From Candidatus Zixiibacteriota bacterium (lineage in GTDB: Bacteria; Zixibacteria; MSB-5A5; GN15; FEB-12), in the NCBI GenBank assembly GCA_034439475.1, contig JAWXAN010000042.1:64765-128764 (forward strand): a stretch of DNA of 64,000 nucleotides. Reading direction: 5' to 3'. The first letter of the stretch is position 1. The number at the start of each line of letters is the position of its first letter. Both the position numbers and the translations under genes were made by a program. Positions 36,539 to 49,000 of the stretch are shown here, in pieces. The notes beneath the pieces were generated by a model that ran no database searches, was not told where the DNA came from, and was given only the letters and a program-made list of their open reading frames with translations.

Positions 36539-38590
36539 ATGGCACAGATGAATGTAGATTTAGAACGCAGCGGGCCGTCGCAGGGAGCTTTTGAACTCCA
36601 CACAACTTTTCCACCTCGTGGAGACCAACCCCGGGCGATTGCCGAGCTCACCGAAGGAATCCTCGCGGGTCACAAGCACCAAACCCTGCTTGGCGTAACT
36701 GGCTCAGGAAAGACCTTCACAATGGCTAATGTCATTGCCAATTGTGGCCGACCGACTTTGGTTATTTCACACAACAAGACCCTTGCGGCCCAGCTCTATG
36801 GCGAGTTAAAGACTTTCTTCCCTAAAAATGCAGTGGAATTCTTCATTTCATACTTTGATTATTACCAGCCCGAAGCCTATATGCCGACAACTGACACTTT
36901 TATTGAAAAAGACACGGCAATGAACGAAGATATCGCCCGATTGCGGCTTCGCGCGACCGCTTCGCTTCTCGAACGCCGAGATGTCATCGTTGTGGCCTCG
37001 GTCTCCTGTATTTACGGTTTGGGCTCGCCTGAGGAATACGCCAAACAGATGATGATACTGGAGAAGGGTGTTCCTTGCGACCGAGATGAGATGATTCGGA
37101 ATCTCATCAACATTCACTACAACCGTAATGAGATGGAGTTTGTCAGGGGAAACTTCCGAGTAAGAGGCGACACTATCGAGCTAATTCCCGCCTATCGTGA
37201 AACAGCGCTCCGGTTCGAGTTCTTTGGCGATGAGATTGACCGCATTTCAGAAATTGACCCCCTCACCGGAGAAATTCTTGACGACCGCGACCGGGTCGCG
37301 CTCTATCCGGCCAAGCACTTTGTCACATCGAAAGCGACTCTCGAGCGTTCTTACACACAGATAGAAGAAGAACTTAAGGATCAGCTCGAGATTTTCCGCC
37401 AGCTGGATAAACTACTTGAAGCACAGCGTATTGAATCACGGACTAAATATGATCTTGAGATGCTCAAGGAAGTTGGTTACTGCAGCGGGATTGAGAACTA
37501 CTCGCGCTATCTGACTGGCCGCGAAGCGGGTGAGAGGCCTAAAACGCTCATCGATTTTTTCCCGAGGGATTTTATCACGGTAATCGATGAATCTCATCAG
37601 AGTATTCCTCAGATACGAGGTATGTATGCCGGGGATAGAAGCCGTAAGGAAGTATTGGTCGAACATGGGTTTAGATTGCCATCGGCGCTCGATAACCGTC
37701 CGCTTTTTTTTGAGGAATTTCAAAATCTGGTTAGTCAGGTTGTGTATGTTTCAGCCACACCATCGGTGTATGAGCTTGAGCAGTCCGAAGGCGTAGTTGT
37801 GGAACAAGTTATTCGCCCTACAGGGCTGTTGGATCCGCAGATTACGATAAAGCCGCTGGGTACCCAAGTTGATGACCTACTCGAACAAGTGAGAGTTCGT
37901 CAGGCAAAGGGGGAACGAGTGCTGGTGACCACGCTGACAAAACGGATGGCAGAAGATTTGACCGATTATCTGACGCGTATGGATGTCCGGGTGCGCTACC
38001 TCCACAGCGAAATTAATACGATTGAACGAACCGAGATCATCCGCGATCTTCGGCTTCATGAGTTTGATGTTCTCGTGGGAATTAATTTGCTCCGCGAAGG
38101 ACTTGATTTACCCGAAGTGTCACTGGTCGCAATTCTGGATGCGGACAAGGAGGGCTTTTTGCGCTCGGAGCGCTCGCTTATTCAGACCGCCGGACGCGCC
38201 GCAAGGAACAAGAACGGCGAGGTTATATTTTATGCTGACAAAATAACCGACTCGATGAGAAAAGCGATCGAAGAAACCGACCGACGGAGAATCAAACAAC
38301 AGGCGTACAATGAGGAACATCATATTAATCCCGAGACGATTCTGAAAACCCGTGACGAAATTCTCCGCTCGACTCAGTTTGCGGACTCAAAAACTGCTAT
38401 TGCGGACATGACCTTTGAAAAGCCGGAGCATTTTTCTCTCATGTCAACCGAAGATCAGTTATCCTTTATGTTGCAAGCGATGAAACGAGCGGCCGATAAT
38501 CTTGACTTTGACACGGCCATTCTTATTCGTGACGAGGTTACAAAGCTTAAGGAAGATATGAAAAAACAAAAGAACAGGACCCGCCGCTAA
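36539..38590 (+). CDS. uvrB: Excinuclease ABC subunit B
   Basis: Walker [16 protein letters not shown], helicase motifs ([41 protein letters not shown]) and a C-terminal UVR motif. Confidence 0.95.
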   Translation: MAQMNVDLERSGPSQGAFELHTTFPPRGDQPRAIAELTEGILAGHKHQTLLGVTGSGKTFTMANVIANCGRPTLVISHNKTLAAQLYGELKTFFPKNAVEFFISYFDYYQPEAYMPTTDTFIEKDTAMNEDIARLRLRATASLLERRDVIVVASVSCIYGLGSPEEYAKQMMILEKGVPCDRDEMIRNLINIHYNRNEMEFVRGNFRVRGDTIELIPAYRETALRFEFFGDEIDRISEIDPLTGEILDDRDRVALYPAKHFVTSKATLERSYTQIEEELKDQLEIFRQLDKLLEAQRIESRTKYDLEMLKEVGYCSGIENYSRYLTGREAGERPKTLIDFFPRDFITVIDESHQSIPQIRGMYAGDRSRKEVLVEHGFRLPSALDNRPLFFEEFQNLVSQVVYVSATPSVYELEQSEGVVVEQVIRPTGLLDPQITIKPLGTQVDDLLEQVRVRQAKGERVLVTTLTKRMAEDLTDYLTRMDVRVRYLHSEINTIERTEIIRDLRLHEFDVLVGINLLREGLDLPEVSLVAILDADKEGFLRSERSLIQTAGRAARNKNGEVIFYADKITDSMRKAIEETDRRRIKQQAYNEEHHINPETILKTRDEILRSTQFADSKTAIADMTFEKPEHFSLMSTEDQLSFMLQAMKRAADNLDFDTAILIRDEVTKLKEDMKKQKNRTRR

Positions 38591-39543
38591 TGCGAAAGAC
38601 TATACATTCGCCGTTCTCCTCGTCTCGCTGGATTCTTTCGTTTGGAAGACTATTCGGTGTATTTGGTATGTTTCTTCTTTCGCTGACAGGGTGCGAAAAG
38701 CGAAAGGATATTTTTCTTAATGATGTTGACGAAATATCGCGTTATATTGTTGAGACCGAACAGGGGATAGACCTGTTTCGCGCCACAGAGCTGATCCCCA
38801 CCATTACCTACTCGGTTCCTTTTGACAGCGATCCGTATCGCGATAGTGTTACCAGCCAGACACGCAAAATCACTGTTCTTGTAGACACTGTTGCTGTCGA
38901 GTACGCCGGCTTAGGACAGGTGCTTGAGGCATGGGCAACAGTAGAAGACCGCATTAGTGTCACTACGATAATTGAGCGGGCGGATTTCGCCGACACACTC
39001 AGAGGGGTGCGGGTGCTTACGCGCTATGGCTTCTTTCTCAAGTTGGGCAATGACAGCCATGACTATCTTGGATGGCTGCTGTGGGGCTACAATCCAATTG
39101 GAGAGTTTCCCACACCGGTCAATGTCCGAGTCAGTTATCTCGACGGCGAGGATTCGGTTACCTTTTTCGGCGATTTGTCGGCCTATTCCACCAGGCACAA
39201 CGGCGCATCGGATGGAAAACCCGGTGTGACGGATAATATTTCCGTTCGGTTTCAGCAGGTACTTGAACTCAAAACAATCCCGAACGGAGGGAAACTGGTT
39301 CTGCAAACCAATACTGCAAATGGGTCTTCCCCAGTGAGGTATTATCAGCACATTTCGAGCTTCACCGGAAGTGGCGTTGAGCATAGTTTAATGTCTCGAG
39401 TGAATCGCGACATCTCACGAGACACGCTGAAAACGCCTGACGATAATCCTCGTCTATGGAATATTCTTTTTATTCAGTCATTCGAGGATGAGCGGGCTCA
39501 ATTTTCAAAATGCTGGTGTATTCCGTACAGGTCTGCTCAGTAA
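38590..39543 (+). CDS. Hypothetical lipoprotein
   Basis: Lipobox LSLTGC after a hydrophobic N-terminus. TAATG overlap with the uvrB stop. No family recognised. Confidence 0.6.
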   Translation: MRKTIHSPFSSSRWILSFGRLFGVFGMFLLSLTGCEKRKDIFLNDVDEISRYIVETEQGIDLFRATELIPTITYSVPFDSDPYRDSVTSQTRKITVLVDTVAVEYAGLGQVLEAWATVEDRISVTTIIERADFADTLRGVRVLTRYGFFLKLGNDSHDYLGWLLWGYNPIGEFPTPVNVRVSYLDGEDSVTFFGDLSAYSTRHNGASDGKPGVTDNISVRFQQVLELKTIPNGGKLVLQTNTANGSSPVRYYQHISSFTGSGVEHSLMSRVNRDISRDTLKTPDDNPRLWNILFIQSFEDERAQFSKCWCIPYRSAQ

Positions 39544-39669
39544 ACGGAGCCGAAGCCGCCTCACAGGCGACAATTATCTGTATCTCGATGAAATTTTAAC
39601 TATATGGCGCAAGCGATTAAGAATATATTCGATACAAATTAAACCAAAGATCACTTCCAGGGAGGAATT

Positions 39670-40482
39670 GTGAAAAGACACACACGGAAACGTATCGGAT
39701 TATTCATCGTCATGCTATTGGCAACAGTAATGACCGGATGCGGAACAGGAATCCCATCAGGACACAGGGGCGTATTTTTTAGCCGGTTCGGAGATGGAAC
39801 CGAGTTTGGGCGGATTTATAATGAGGGCTTCAACTTTCATGCGCCTTGGAATAGCATCTTTATTTACAAGACCCAGCTACAGGAGCAGAAGGAAGACCTT
39901 ACACTGCTTTCATCCGACGGGGCGACAATCGGTCTTGAAGTCTCGGTTCTTTACCGGCCGATTTCTGAGAAGCTCGATTCATTGCAATACACGATAGGGC
40001 CGAATTACTACCAAGTCGCTGTTGCTCCGAATATTCGCGCGATTGCCCGCGAAATAGGCGCCAAATACACGCCCGAAGAAATCTATGCGACAAAACGCGA
40101 ACAGATGACAACCGAAATGTTCAAACTTCTCGCCCAACAAACGGCCGCCAAATATATTGTCGTCGAAAATGTTCTGGTGCGAAATGTTTCCATCCCGGAA
40201 AAAATTTCAGAGGCCATCAATTTCAAACTCAGCGCCGCTCAGGATGCCCAGAAGATGGAGTTCACACTTCAAAAGGAGAAGCTAGAAGCGGATCGTAAAC
40301 GGATAGAGGCCCAGGGTATCGCCGACTTCCAAAAGATTGTGTCTGCGGGATTATCGCCGGCATTGCTGAAATGGAAAGGGATTGAGGCAACCGAGCGATT
40401 GGCAAGTTCCCCCAATACAAAAGTTGTGATTGTGGGCAACGACGCCGGGGGTCTGCCGATAATTCTCAGCTCAGATAAATAG
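39670..40482 (+). CDS. SPFH/band-7 (prohibitin-family) membrane protein
   Basis: GGAGGA RBS. N-terminal anchor/lipobox-like MTGCG. SPFH core (SSDGATIGLEVSVLYRP...IREIGAKYTPEEIYATKRE) and a coiled-coil with EADRKRIEAQGIADFQKIV. Confidence 0.85.
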   Translation: MKRHTRKRIGLFIVMLLATVMTGCGTGIPSGHRGVFFSRFGDGTEFGRIYNEGFNFHAPWNSIFIYKTQLQEQKEDLTLLSSDGATIGLEVSVLYRPISEKLDSLQYTIGPNYYQVAVAPNIRAIAREIGAKYTPEEIYATKREQMTTEMFKLLAQQTAAKYIVVENVLVRNVSIPEKISEAINFKLSAAQDAQKMEFTLQKEKLEADRKRIEAQGIADFQKIVSAGLSPALLKWKGIEATERLASSPNTKVVIVGNDAGGLPIILSSDK

Positions 40483-40515
40483 CCGCTCACACTTTATTTA
40501 TCCAGAACAGAAACG

Positions 40516-40549
40516 AAAAGCCGACTGTGCACTCACAGTCGGCTTTTTT
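40516..40549. terminator. Bidirectional intrinsic terminator between the convergent SPFH gene and acs
   Basis: Stem gccgactgtg / cacagtcggc with loop cact, flanked by aaaa on the left and tttttt on the right. Confidence 0.85.
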
Positions 40550-40590
40550 CTGTTACATAATCTCTGGAATGGAAGAATATCCGGTTCGCG

Positions 40591-42576
40591 TTACTCTTCC
40601 TGATAATTTTTCTTTATCCGGTTTATGACGTCCGGGTCAGCGAGGGTGGACGTGTCGCCTAAAACATTTCCTGTTGCAAGATCGCGAAGCAGACGCCGCA
40701 TGATTTTGCCTGAGCGGGTCTTGGGCAAGTCGGCTGAGAAGATTATCTTCTCGGGTCTTGCCAGAGCGCCGATTTTTCGGGTGACATGGTCTTTTAGTAA
40801 AGCCACAAGCTTGTCATCAGCCTTAACATTTTTACCGAGCGTCACGAATGCCGCCAGCGACTCCCCTTTCAATTCATGCGGGATACCCACAACTGCGGCT
40901 TCTACAACTGTGTCATGCTCCACCAAAGCCGATTCGACCTCCATAGTAGAGATTCGATGTCCGGCCGTATTTATGACATCATCGACTCGGCCTAAAATCC
41001 AAAAATAGTCATCCGAATCGAGCTTCGCGCCGTCGCCCGGGAAGTATATGTTGGGCCATTTCGACCAATATGTTTGAACAAACCGCTCGCGATCTCCCCA
41101 TAGCCCGCGAAGCATTCCTGGCCACGGTGTTGTTATGGCAAGAAAACCGCCCCCTTCAGTTATTTGGGCTCCTTTCTCATCGAGCAATGCCGCTTGAATA
41201 CCCGGAAACGGGCGAGTCGCCGAGCCGGGTTTTGTAGCAGTCAGACCGGGGAGAGGGGTAATCATGATATGGCCGGTCTCGGTTTGCCACCATGTGTCAA
41301 CGATTGGACATCTCTCATGACCGATGACCTCCCGATACCACATCCAGGCCTCGGGATTTATCGGTTCGCCGACCGAACCGAGAAGACGCAATGAGGTCAG
41401 GTCATGTTTGTCCGGCCACTCGCGACCCCATTTCATGAAAGAGCGTATTGCAGTTGGGGCCGTGTAAAAGATCGAAACGCCATAATTTTCTACTATCTGC
41501 CAAAACCTGTCCGGATTTGGCCAATCAGGCGCGCCTTCGTAGATAATCTGGGTTGCTCCGTTTGCAAGCGGGCCATAGGTAACATACGAATGTCCTGTGA
41601 CCCATCCGCAGTCGGCCGTACACCAAAAGACATCGTCGTCTTTAATGTCAAAGACAAGTTTTGTGGTGGCATAGACACCGGTCAGATAACCGCCGCAGGT
41701 ATGCATTATCCCTTTCGGTTTTCCCGTCGTGCCGGAAGTGTAAAGGATAAAGAGTGGGGCCTCACTGTCGAGATAGACCGGCTGGCAAAAGTTTTCGGCG
41801 TCGGCCATGAGATTATGGTACCAATGGTCGCGTCCTTCTTTGAAACGGAGCAAAAAATCCCCGCGCTTCACTACGACCACATGTTCAATTGTCCGGCAGT
41901 CCGCCAACGCAACATCGGCATCGTATTTCAACGGAATTATTCCACCGCGACGGTATCCACCATCGGCAGTGATGAGCACTTTTGCCTCGGCATCGTTTAT
42001 CCTGTCTTTCAAAGATTCCGGCGAGAATCCGCCAAAAACAACGGAGTGAATAGCCCCAATCCTGGCGCAGGCAAGCATCGATATCACAAGCTCGGGTATC
42101 ATCGGCAGATAAATCGCAACACGGTCGCCTTGGGTGACGCCAAGCTTTTTCAGGACATTGGCAAACTTGTTGACCTCTTTATATAACCCAAGATATGTGT
42201 ACGTCCGTTTATCGCCGAGCTCGCCTTCCCAGATAAGGGCGGCTTTATTTTTACGACCCTCTTTGATATGCCTGTCAAGACAGGATTCTGTAATGTTGAG
42301 TTTCCCACCCACAAACCATTCGGCATCGGGCGGATTCCATTTGAGAACTTTGGTCCATTTTTTGTGCCAGACAAGCTCTTCGGCCATTAATGCCCAGAAT
42401 CCTTCAGGGTCGGATTGGGCTGTCTCATAAATAGCCGGATCATTGGCGCTGGCCTGTTTGGTGAAGGCGGCTGGAGGTTTGAATAATCGGTTTTCGGTAA
42501 GGAGGATGTCGATTGTCTTATCTGATTTGGTCTCTATCTTTTTTGTCTTTTGTGAAGTTTTGACGGTCTTGGCCAT
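40591..42576 (-). CDS. acs: Acetyl-CoA synthetase
   Basis: AMP-binding motif [18 protein letters not shown], and the C-terminal [14 protein letters not shown] with the conserved Lys. Confidence 0.95.
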   Translation of the reverse strand: MAKTVKTSQKTKKIETKSDKTIDILLTENRLFKPPAAFTKQASANDPAIYETAQSDPEGFWALMAEELVWHKKWTKVLKWNPPDAEWFVGGKLNITESCLDRHIKEGRKNKAALIWEGELGDKRTYTYLGLYKEVNKFANVLKKLGVTQGDRVAIYLPMIPELVISMLACARIGAIHSVVFGGFSPESLKDRINDAEAKVLITADGGYRRGGIIPLKYDADVALADCRTIEHVVVVKRGDFLLRFKEGRDHWYHNLMADAENFCQPVYLDSEAPLFILYTSGTTGKPKGIMHTCGGYLTGVYATTKLVFDIKDDDVFWCTADCGWVTGHSYVTYGPLANGATQIIYEGAPDWPNPDRFWQIVENYGVSIFYTAPTAIRSFMKWGREWPDKHDLTSLRLLGSVGEPINPEAWMWYREVIGHERCPIVDTWWQTETGHIMITPLPGLTATKPGSATRPFPGIQAALLDEKGAQITEGGGFLAITTPWPGMLRGLWGDRERFVQTYWSKWPNIYFPGDGAKLDSDDYFWILGRVDDVINTAGHRISTMEVESALVEHDTVVEAAVVGIPHELKGESLAAFVTLGKNVKADDKLVALLKDHVTRKIGALARPEKIIFSADLPKTRSGKIMRRLLRDLATGNVLGDTSTLADPDVINRIKKNYQEE

Positions 42577-42818
42577 TTGAAAGTCTCCAACTCGGATTCG
42601 GTCTCGTTTTAGTCAAATATGCCGTACAATCCTGATAATTGTCAAGAAGGGAGGTGGCCTGCATCTGAGTAGACGGCAATTACTTCAAGGCCAGTGTCAG
42701 GAGCAGAGTTCGCAATCCATGTCACAAATTAGTCCGACGTGGTTACTTAGGTCATCAGCGTTCGACTCTGACATCAAAATTGAGGCTGAAACAAGCCTCA
42801 AATTGCCGTCTCTAAATT

Positions 42819-42834
42819 TGGCCTAATTATTGCT
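42819..42834 (+). promoter_or_regulatory. Sigma-54-like -24/-12 element upstream of the giant gene
   Basis: TTGGCCTAATTATTGCTT: TGGC and TTGCT with canonical spacing (8 nt between GG and TTGC). It lies about 255 nt upstream of the ATG at 43090. Confidence 0.3.
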
Positions 42835-42862
42835 TCACTATAGCTCGCGGCAACTATAGCCC

Positions 42863-42890
42863 TTGACTTATCGCAGTATTTGGCTATACT
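42863..42890 (+). promoter_or_regulatory. Sigma-70 promoter candidate for the giant gene
   Basis: TTGACT (42863-68), 16-nt spacer, TATACT (42885-90). This predicts a leader of roughly 190 nt. Confidence 0.55.
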
Positions 42891-43089
42891 TCTGGTAGAG
42901 GCTGAAAGAGGTAGGCTCCAATCGAGACCCTCATACATTTACTGCATAAGGCTTGTGAAAGCTGATAGTTGAAAAGAATTCAGTGTGAAAAGCTGTCCTT
43001 TGGGGAAGCAATTCCCTTCGGGATTCCGAGAACGCGCCGAGAACAACTGCTGCCGCTCTTGGTTTGAGGAAGTCGATTTAGGAGGAAAG

Positions 43090-46000
43090 ATGAATCGATT
43101 CGGGTTGTTGTCTATATATTTACTTGCGTGTCTTCTCTGTATTGGTGTTGCTGGCAGCGTTAATGCCGACCCGCTGGTACATCCCCCCATTTTGGAACTG
43201 CCCAATGATACGGCAGTTTTTTTGTGCAAGGGAGACTCTATCTGCTATGTGGTTGCGGCCACCGACACCGATCCCCTCGAAGAACTGACGCTGAGCTTGC
43301 TCAGCGGCCCGATTAGTTTTCCGACCAAAAAATTCGACAATCCGCTCACTACAAAAATCTGCTTCAAACCAACAAGCGGGGGGACATACCGATTCATCTG
43401 GAAAATAGTCGACAATTCCGGCCGGTCGGATATCGATACCGTCATATATACAGTCTTATTCAACGATCCTCCTTCAATGCAAGACCAGTACTTCTCGACG
43501 CTTTTTTGCAGAGGAGAGTCAGTCAGGACCCTGCAAGTTGTAGCTACTGATGCCGAAAACGATATTCTCACATATAAACTGATCTCCGGCCCGGGATCTA
43601 TAAATCCAGAGTCCGGCCTCATCAGTTATCTCCCGATAGCTACCGGCATATATACTTTTTCGGTTCTCGTGACCGATTTATGCGGAAGCGATATGGCCAA
43701 TGTGTTCGACACCGTCGAGGTCGTCAAACCAGCAAAACTTGACTGTCCGGGGGATACCTCAATTACGATCTGCGAGGGGACCAAAATCTGCCTCTATGGT
43801 TTTTCGTCGACCTTCGATGAGACGACTGTATCACATGGCACAATTGTCAATGAGACGCTCTGTTTTACGGCTGATACATCCGGCGTCTATGTTATCAAAG
43901 TTATCGGAACCGACAAATGCGGCGCGGATACCTGTGAAACCAGAGTGACGGTAAACAAAGGCGAACTTCCGAGCATCAAAGACCAATACTTTTCGGGTAG
44001 TTTCTGTTCTGATGAGATAAAAAGAACCCTTCAGGTTATTGCGACCGATGCTGACAATGATGTTCTGACCTATGAATTGCTCTCAGGTCCCGGCTCGATC
44101 AACTCATCGACCGGTTTGATTGCGTACACACCAACAGCAAGTGGCGTTTATACTTTTTTAGTTAGTGTGAGCGATACATGCGGAAGCGCTATCGCACAGG
44201 TATTCGACACGATAGTTGTCAATCCGAAAGGGAAGGTTGACTGCCCCGGCGATACCTCGCTGATGCTTTGCGAAGGAACAAAAGTTTGCCTCCCCGGTTT
44301 CGGATCCGATTTTGAGCATACGACCGTGTCGCTGGGAACGCTTGTCGATGGCACAGTCTGCTTTACGGCTGACACGAGCGGTGTCTATGTTATTAAGTTG
44401 ATAGGCAGCAATGAGTGCGGCGCTGATACCTGCGAGACACGGGTCACGGTCGGAAAGAGTACATTTACAGGATTTGTCTGTGGCGATACCGCCAACAGTA
44501 AAACTCTTAACCTTTGCTCGTCAGAAAATATTACTGTTCTCAAGGATTGTCATATAAATGGCGATCAAGTGTCGGTTATCTCATCATATGGGACATGGAA
44601 TGCTCAGACGGGAAACTGGACCTTCTACGCTGATACAAGCGGATTATATACGACCTTGATCGTTGCAACCGATTCCTGTGGCGCGAGTGATTCGCTCACA
44701 TTAAGTCAGGAAGTGGCAATAAACAAGCCACCCAGGATAGTTTTGCCAAACGACACCACCACGTTCTTATGCGAATCAGATTCGATATGCTTTGAATTCT
44801 TCGTGTTTGATTCACCAAGTGATATCAGAGGTAGAATTGTTGAATCGAACATCGGAAGTTTCAAGCCACAGGCTGCTCCTATTTTATTCCCACAGACCAA
44901 ATTTGAGGTCTGCTTTTTAGGGGACACAGCCGGTGTGTACCAAATTATCATCACCGCCACTGACTCATGCGGTGTAACCGACAAAGATACCGTCTTAGTT
45001 ACCGTCAAGAAAAACCGCGCGCCGTATATTACTATGGCCAACGATTTCACCGTCGCAAGCTGTACCGCTGAAAAAATCTGTTTTTCTGCCACCGCCGATG
45101 ATCTTGATCTCAACATCCAGACTATTACTTCAAATTTTGGTATATTCGATAACAACAGCGATCGAATCTGTTTCGATGCCGACACGAATGGCGTCTACAC
45201 GATCATCCTCACTGCTACCGACAGTTGCGAAGTGAGCGATCAAGACACAACCAAAGTCACGGTCACTGTCAACAAGCCGCCGACATTGAGTCTTGGACCT
45301 GATTTCACCAAAGACACCTGTGGACTCCTGTCCGAAATTTGCATAAACACCGGCATAGTTGACGAGAATATTAAATCTGTCACGACCACTTTTGGGCTTT
45401 ATAATCCTAACACCAAACAGGTCTGTTTTATACCCGATTCATCCGGCCTCTACGTTCTTGTAGTAAGAGTTGTCGACGATTGCAATATCGCTGCAGTAGA
45501 TACGGTCAATATAACCATCGGTCTCAACCACCCGCCGACTGTCAGCGGCTTCAATGATACGACCCTCTATATCTGTTCGCCGCAATATATCTGCCTTAAT
45601 CCTTCGATCATAGATGCTGACAATGATATTGCGTCGGTGACGATCAATCAGGGGAAATTCAAAGACGGCATGTACTGCTTTGTTCCCTACGACAGCGGGA
45701 CATACACGCTTATTTTAACTGTGATCGATTCCTGTGGCAATAAAGTTATAGATACGGCCAAGGTCAAAGTCACAACTGATCAAGGAATGAATGTGGTCGT
45801 CCCGAAAGACACCTCGATTTTCCTCTGCGAAGCGGATACCCTTTGTTTCCCGATAAAAAATATACCCGCCAATGCGACAATTAAAGTTCGCGGTACTGGT
45901 GTCTGGTACAATCCGGCAACCCAAACAGTCTGCTTCTACTCATCATGCTGTATCCAGAACAAGATTTATGTCGATGTGACGACACCATGCGGAAAGCGCA

Positions 46001-49000
46001 CATTCAGCTTCACCGTCAATCTGATGACTAACAGCAAACCGCTGGTGATTCTGCCTCAGGACGGCGCGTATCAACTTTGCGACGCCAAGGAAATCTGTCT
46101 CCCGGCCGGTATTTCTGATTTGGACAAAAATATATCTTCCATTGTGGTGGAAGGCGGAACATACGACGCATACAGCAAAACAATCTGTTTTGCTCCCGAT
46201 ACTGCCGGAGTCTATATTATCAAAGTAACGGCTACCGACTCGTGCGGCCTGGGCGACTCCGATTTTATCCGCGCGACAGTGCGAATCAACTTCCCACCAG
46301 TTATCACGTATACCCCGACAGACAGCATTTTTGAGCAATGTAATCTCACTCAGATTTGTTTGCCGGTAAATGTTTCCGATAATGACAAAAATATCCAAAA
46401 CATTACCGTCTCGAACGGCGGTGTGTATAATGCAATCAACAAAACAGTCTGTTTCAACCCACCGGGCATCGGACAGTTTTGCCTCCAGATGGTTGCCTAT
46501 GACAGTTGCGGTATTGCCGATTCAGCAGACATCTGTTTCACAGTTACCGCGGGCGACTCGGTTGAGATTGCCTGCCCTGTGATAGGCACTCCTGGTCGTT
46601 CACGTGGCTCCGTGACGACCGTTATTCCGGCATTGCTCTGCGGGCCGGACTCTGTTTGTATCCCGCTTGCCGTAACAGGTGATTATTCGTCGATTTCCGT
46701 CACCGGCGGAATATATAAAGATGGTGAGATATGCTTTTACGCTGACACAACCGGTGAATACAGCTTCACGGTTATTGCATCCGGTTCATGCAACAGTGAC
46801 ACCTGCCAGTTTACTTATCCCGTGATGATTGAGCCATCGGTTTTCGTGAGATGCCCAGGCGATACTGCGGTAAATCTTTGTTTTAGCGATACGCTTTGTT
46901 TCCCGATCGAGACATCGGTTCCGATGACCTACCTGACAGTTCTTGGCGGAGGTTACATTGATGGAGCGAACCTCTGCGTTCCGCTCACAGTGACCGGCAC
47001 AAAAATTATTACTGTCATCGCCGCAGGCGAATGCGGCTCAGACACCTGCTCGTTTACAGTCGGTACCAAACTCAATACGCCGCCAAGTGTCAAAGTTGAC
47101 GACACCACGTTTACCCTTTGTGCGCTCGATAAACTCTGCTTCCCAGTTGATGTCTTTGATGTTGATGGTAACCTGAAAGAACTCACAACGTCTATCGGCT
47201 CAGTTGGAAAAGTTGCAATCGAAAATCTTGCCGCACAGGTACTGAATGAAGACGGCCAGCCGACTGTATCAACGACACCGGAATACAAGATATGCTTTAC
47301 CCCAGAAGCTTATGGCACATACAATATTGTTGTCACTGCGATCGATTCATGCGGCAAAACAGATACCGACACTCTGACTGTTACTATCAATCAAGGGGAT
47401 GGTGTCTCGATAGCCTGTCCGAAACTGGACTCGCTCAGTTTTTGCGCTCCGAGCCAAATCTGTCTGCCGATACCAATAACAGGCGAAACGTTTGATGTCA
47501 TTTCCGGCTTTGGCGTCTGGGAAAACGACACCCTCTGTTTTGATGCCGACACAAGCGGATTCTATGCTTTTGACCTGATAGCGACATCAGGATGCAACAC
47601 CGATACTTGTTTAATCGAGATTGCAATCGCGATTTCAGATTCAGTTAACATAACCTGTCCGACCGGGGATACCACCTTGGTTGCCTGTCAGTCACCGGCC
47701 GTCTTCACCTTCCGCTATTCGATTACCGGCAATCCCACCAAGATTACCATTACCCCGCCCAATGCTATATTAGAGGGGGGACTTATCAAATTGACGGTCA
47801 ATCAGACTGGCTCGTATGTGGTCAAAGTTATTGTTGAAGGCAACTGTAATATTGACAGCTGTTTTTTCACTGTGAATGCCGCAATCAATACCCCGCCAGT
47901 GTTGATGGGACCTGAAGATACAAGTCTTGTCGCTTGCGTCCTGAGTACAATATGCCTGCCTATCAAAGCAGTCGATGCCGAAAATAATATCCGTGAAATT
48001 CGGTCGACACTCGGCGTGGTCGATGATTCAGTCATCTGCTTTACTCCGTCGGCATTCGGCGACTATCAAATTATTCTCTCGGCCGTCGATTCCTGCGGCG
48101 AGCGCGCAGTCGATACCTTCTTAATTTCCGTGAATCAGGGAGATTCAGTTGAAATCAACTGCCCGAACTCAACAATCCTTGTCTCGGTGATAGTTCCTGA
48201 TTCGATTCGTGTCCCGCTCACCATTACGCCTGAAGGAGTGGGTGTGATAATCCAGCCCGACGGTTCGGGTTACTATGACCAGAACACCAGCGAGGTTGTT
48301 GTGTATGTGACTTCATATGGAGCGCATTCCTACCAAGTGATTGCTTCAAGTAAATGCGATGTTGACTCATGTGACCTCACTATCGAAGTCGGCGAATATT
48401 TCCCGCCGACTGTGGTGTGTATCGGGACCACAGACACAGTGCTCTGTTTGACCGAACAGGATACGCTCTGTTTGCCGGTAACAGTATCTGGTAGTGCGAC
48501 CAATGTTGCCGTTTCTCCGGCAGGCGTGTACGCTGACGGTCAGGTTTGCATTCCTGTTGACACCGCCGGAACATATTTGGTTCGGATAATCGCCTCAAAC
48601 GAAACCGACGCCGATACCTGCTATTCTTCAATCACAGTTACCCGCAGCAAGCCGCCTGTTGTCGACTTGCCGCCATCGCTGTCATTTGCGCTCTGCCAGT
48701 TCGGAGAGCTGTGTGTCCCGGTTGATATAAGTCAGAGTGACTATGACCTTGCTCAAATTACAGTCAACTTTGGCCGCTACGACTCGACCCTTAAATCAGT
48801 CTGCGCGACATTTGACACAACCGGATTATATACGATAATCGTCTCAGTCATCGACTCATGCGGTAACTCTTCAACCGATACCTCGCTTGTGACTGTCACT
48901 GTCAATACCCCTCCGACTGTTGGCCTTGGCGCTGATTTCAAAGAGTTCTTGTGCGCTGTATCCAGCGAGATTTGTGTGCCAGTAAATGTCTCAGATGACA

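Noticed and set aside
41404-42186. 260-aa plus-strand ORF inside acs.
   Set aside because: It is antisense to a highly conserved acetyl-CoA synthetase gene. It is a shadow ORF with no family features.
42740-42775. gcgttcgactctgac, resembling a tRNA T-arm, upstream of the giant gene.
   Set aside because: Only a 4-bp stem with a 9-nt loop is possible, and no cloverleaf can be built from the preceding 70 nt.
42900-43089. A c-di-GMP (GEMM-type) or other known riboswitch in the long leader of the giant gene.
   Set aside because: I could not find the conserved GEMM-I core strings (GGCAAACC / ACGCAAAGC type) or other riboswitch cores that I know. Only small generic hairpins are present. This needs an Rfam scan to settle.
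44706-46398. Minus-strand ORFs of 150-160 aa (44706-45185 and 45943-46398), and many smaller ones inside the giant gene.
   Set aside because: They are antisense to a frame that is open for 8.3 kb with a clear modular repeat structure. The periodic sequence naturally produces open antisense stretches.
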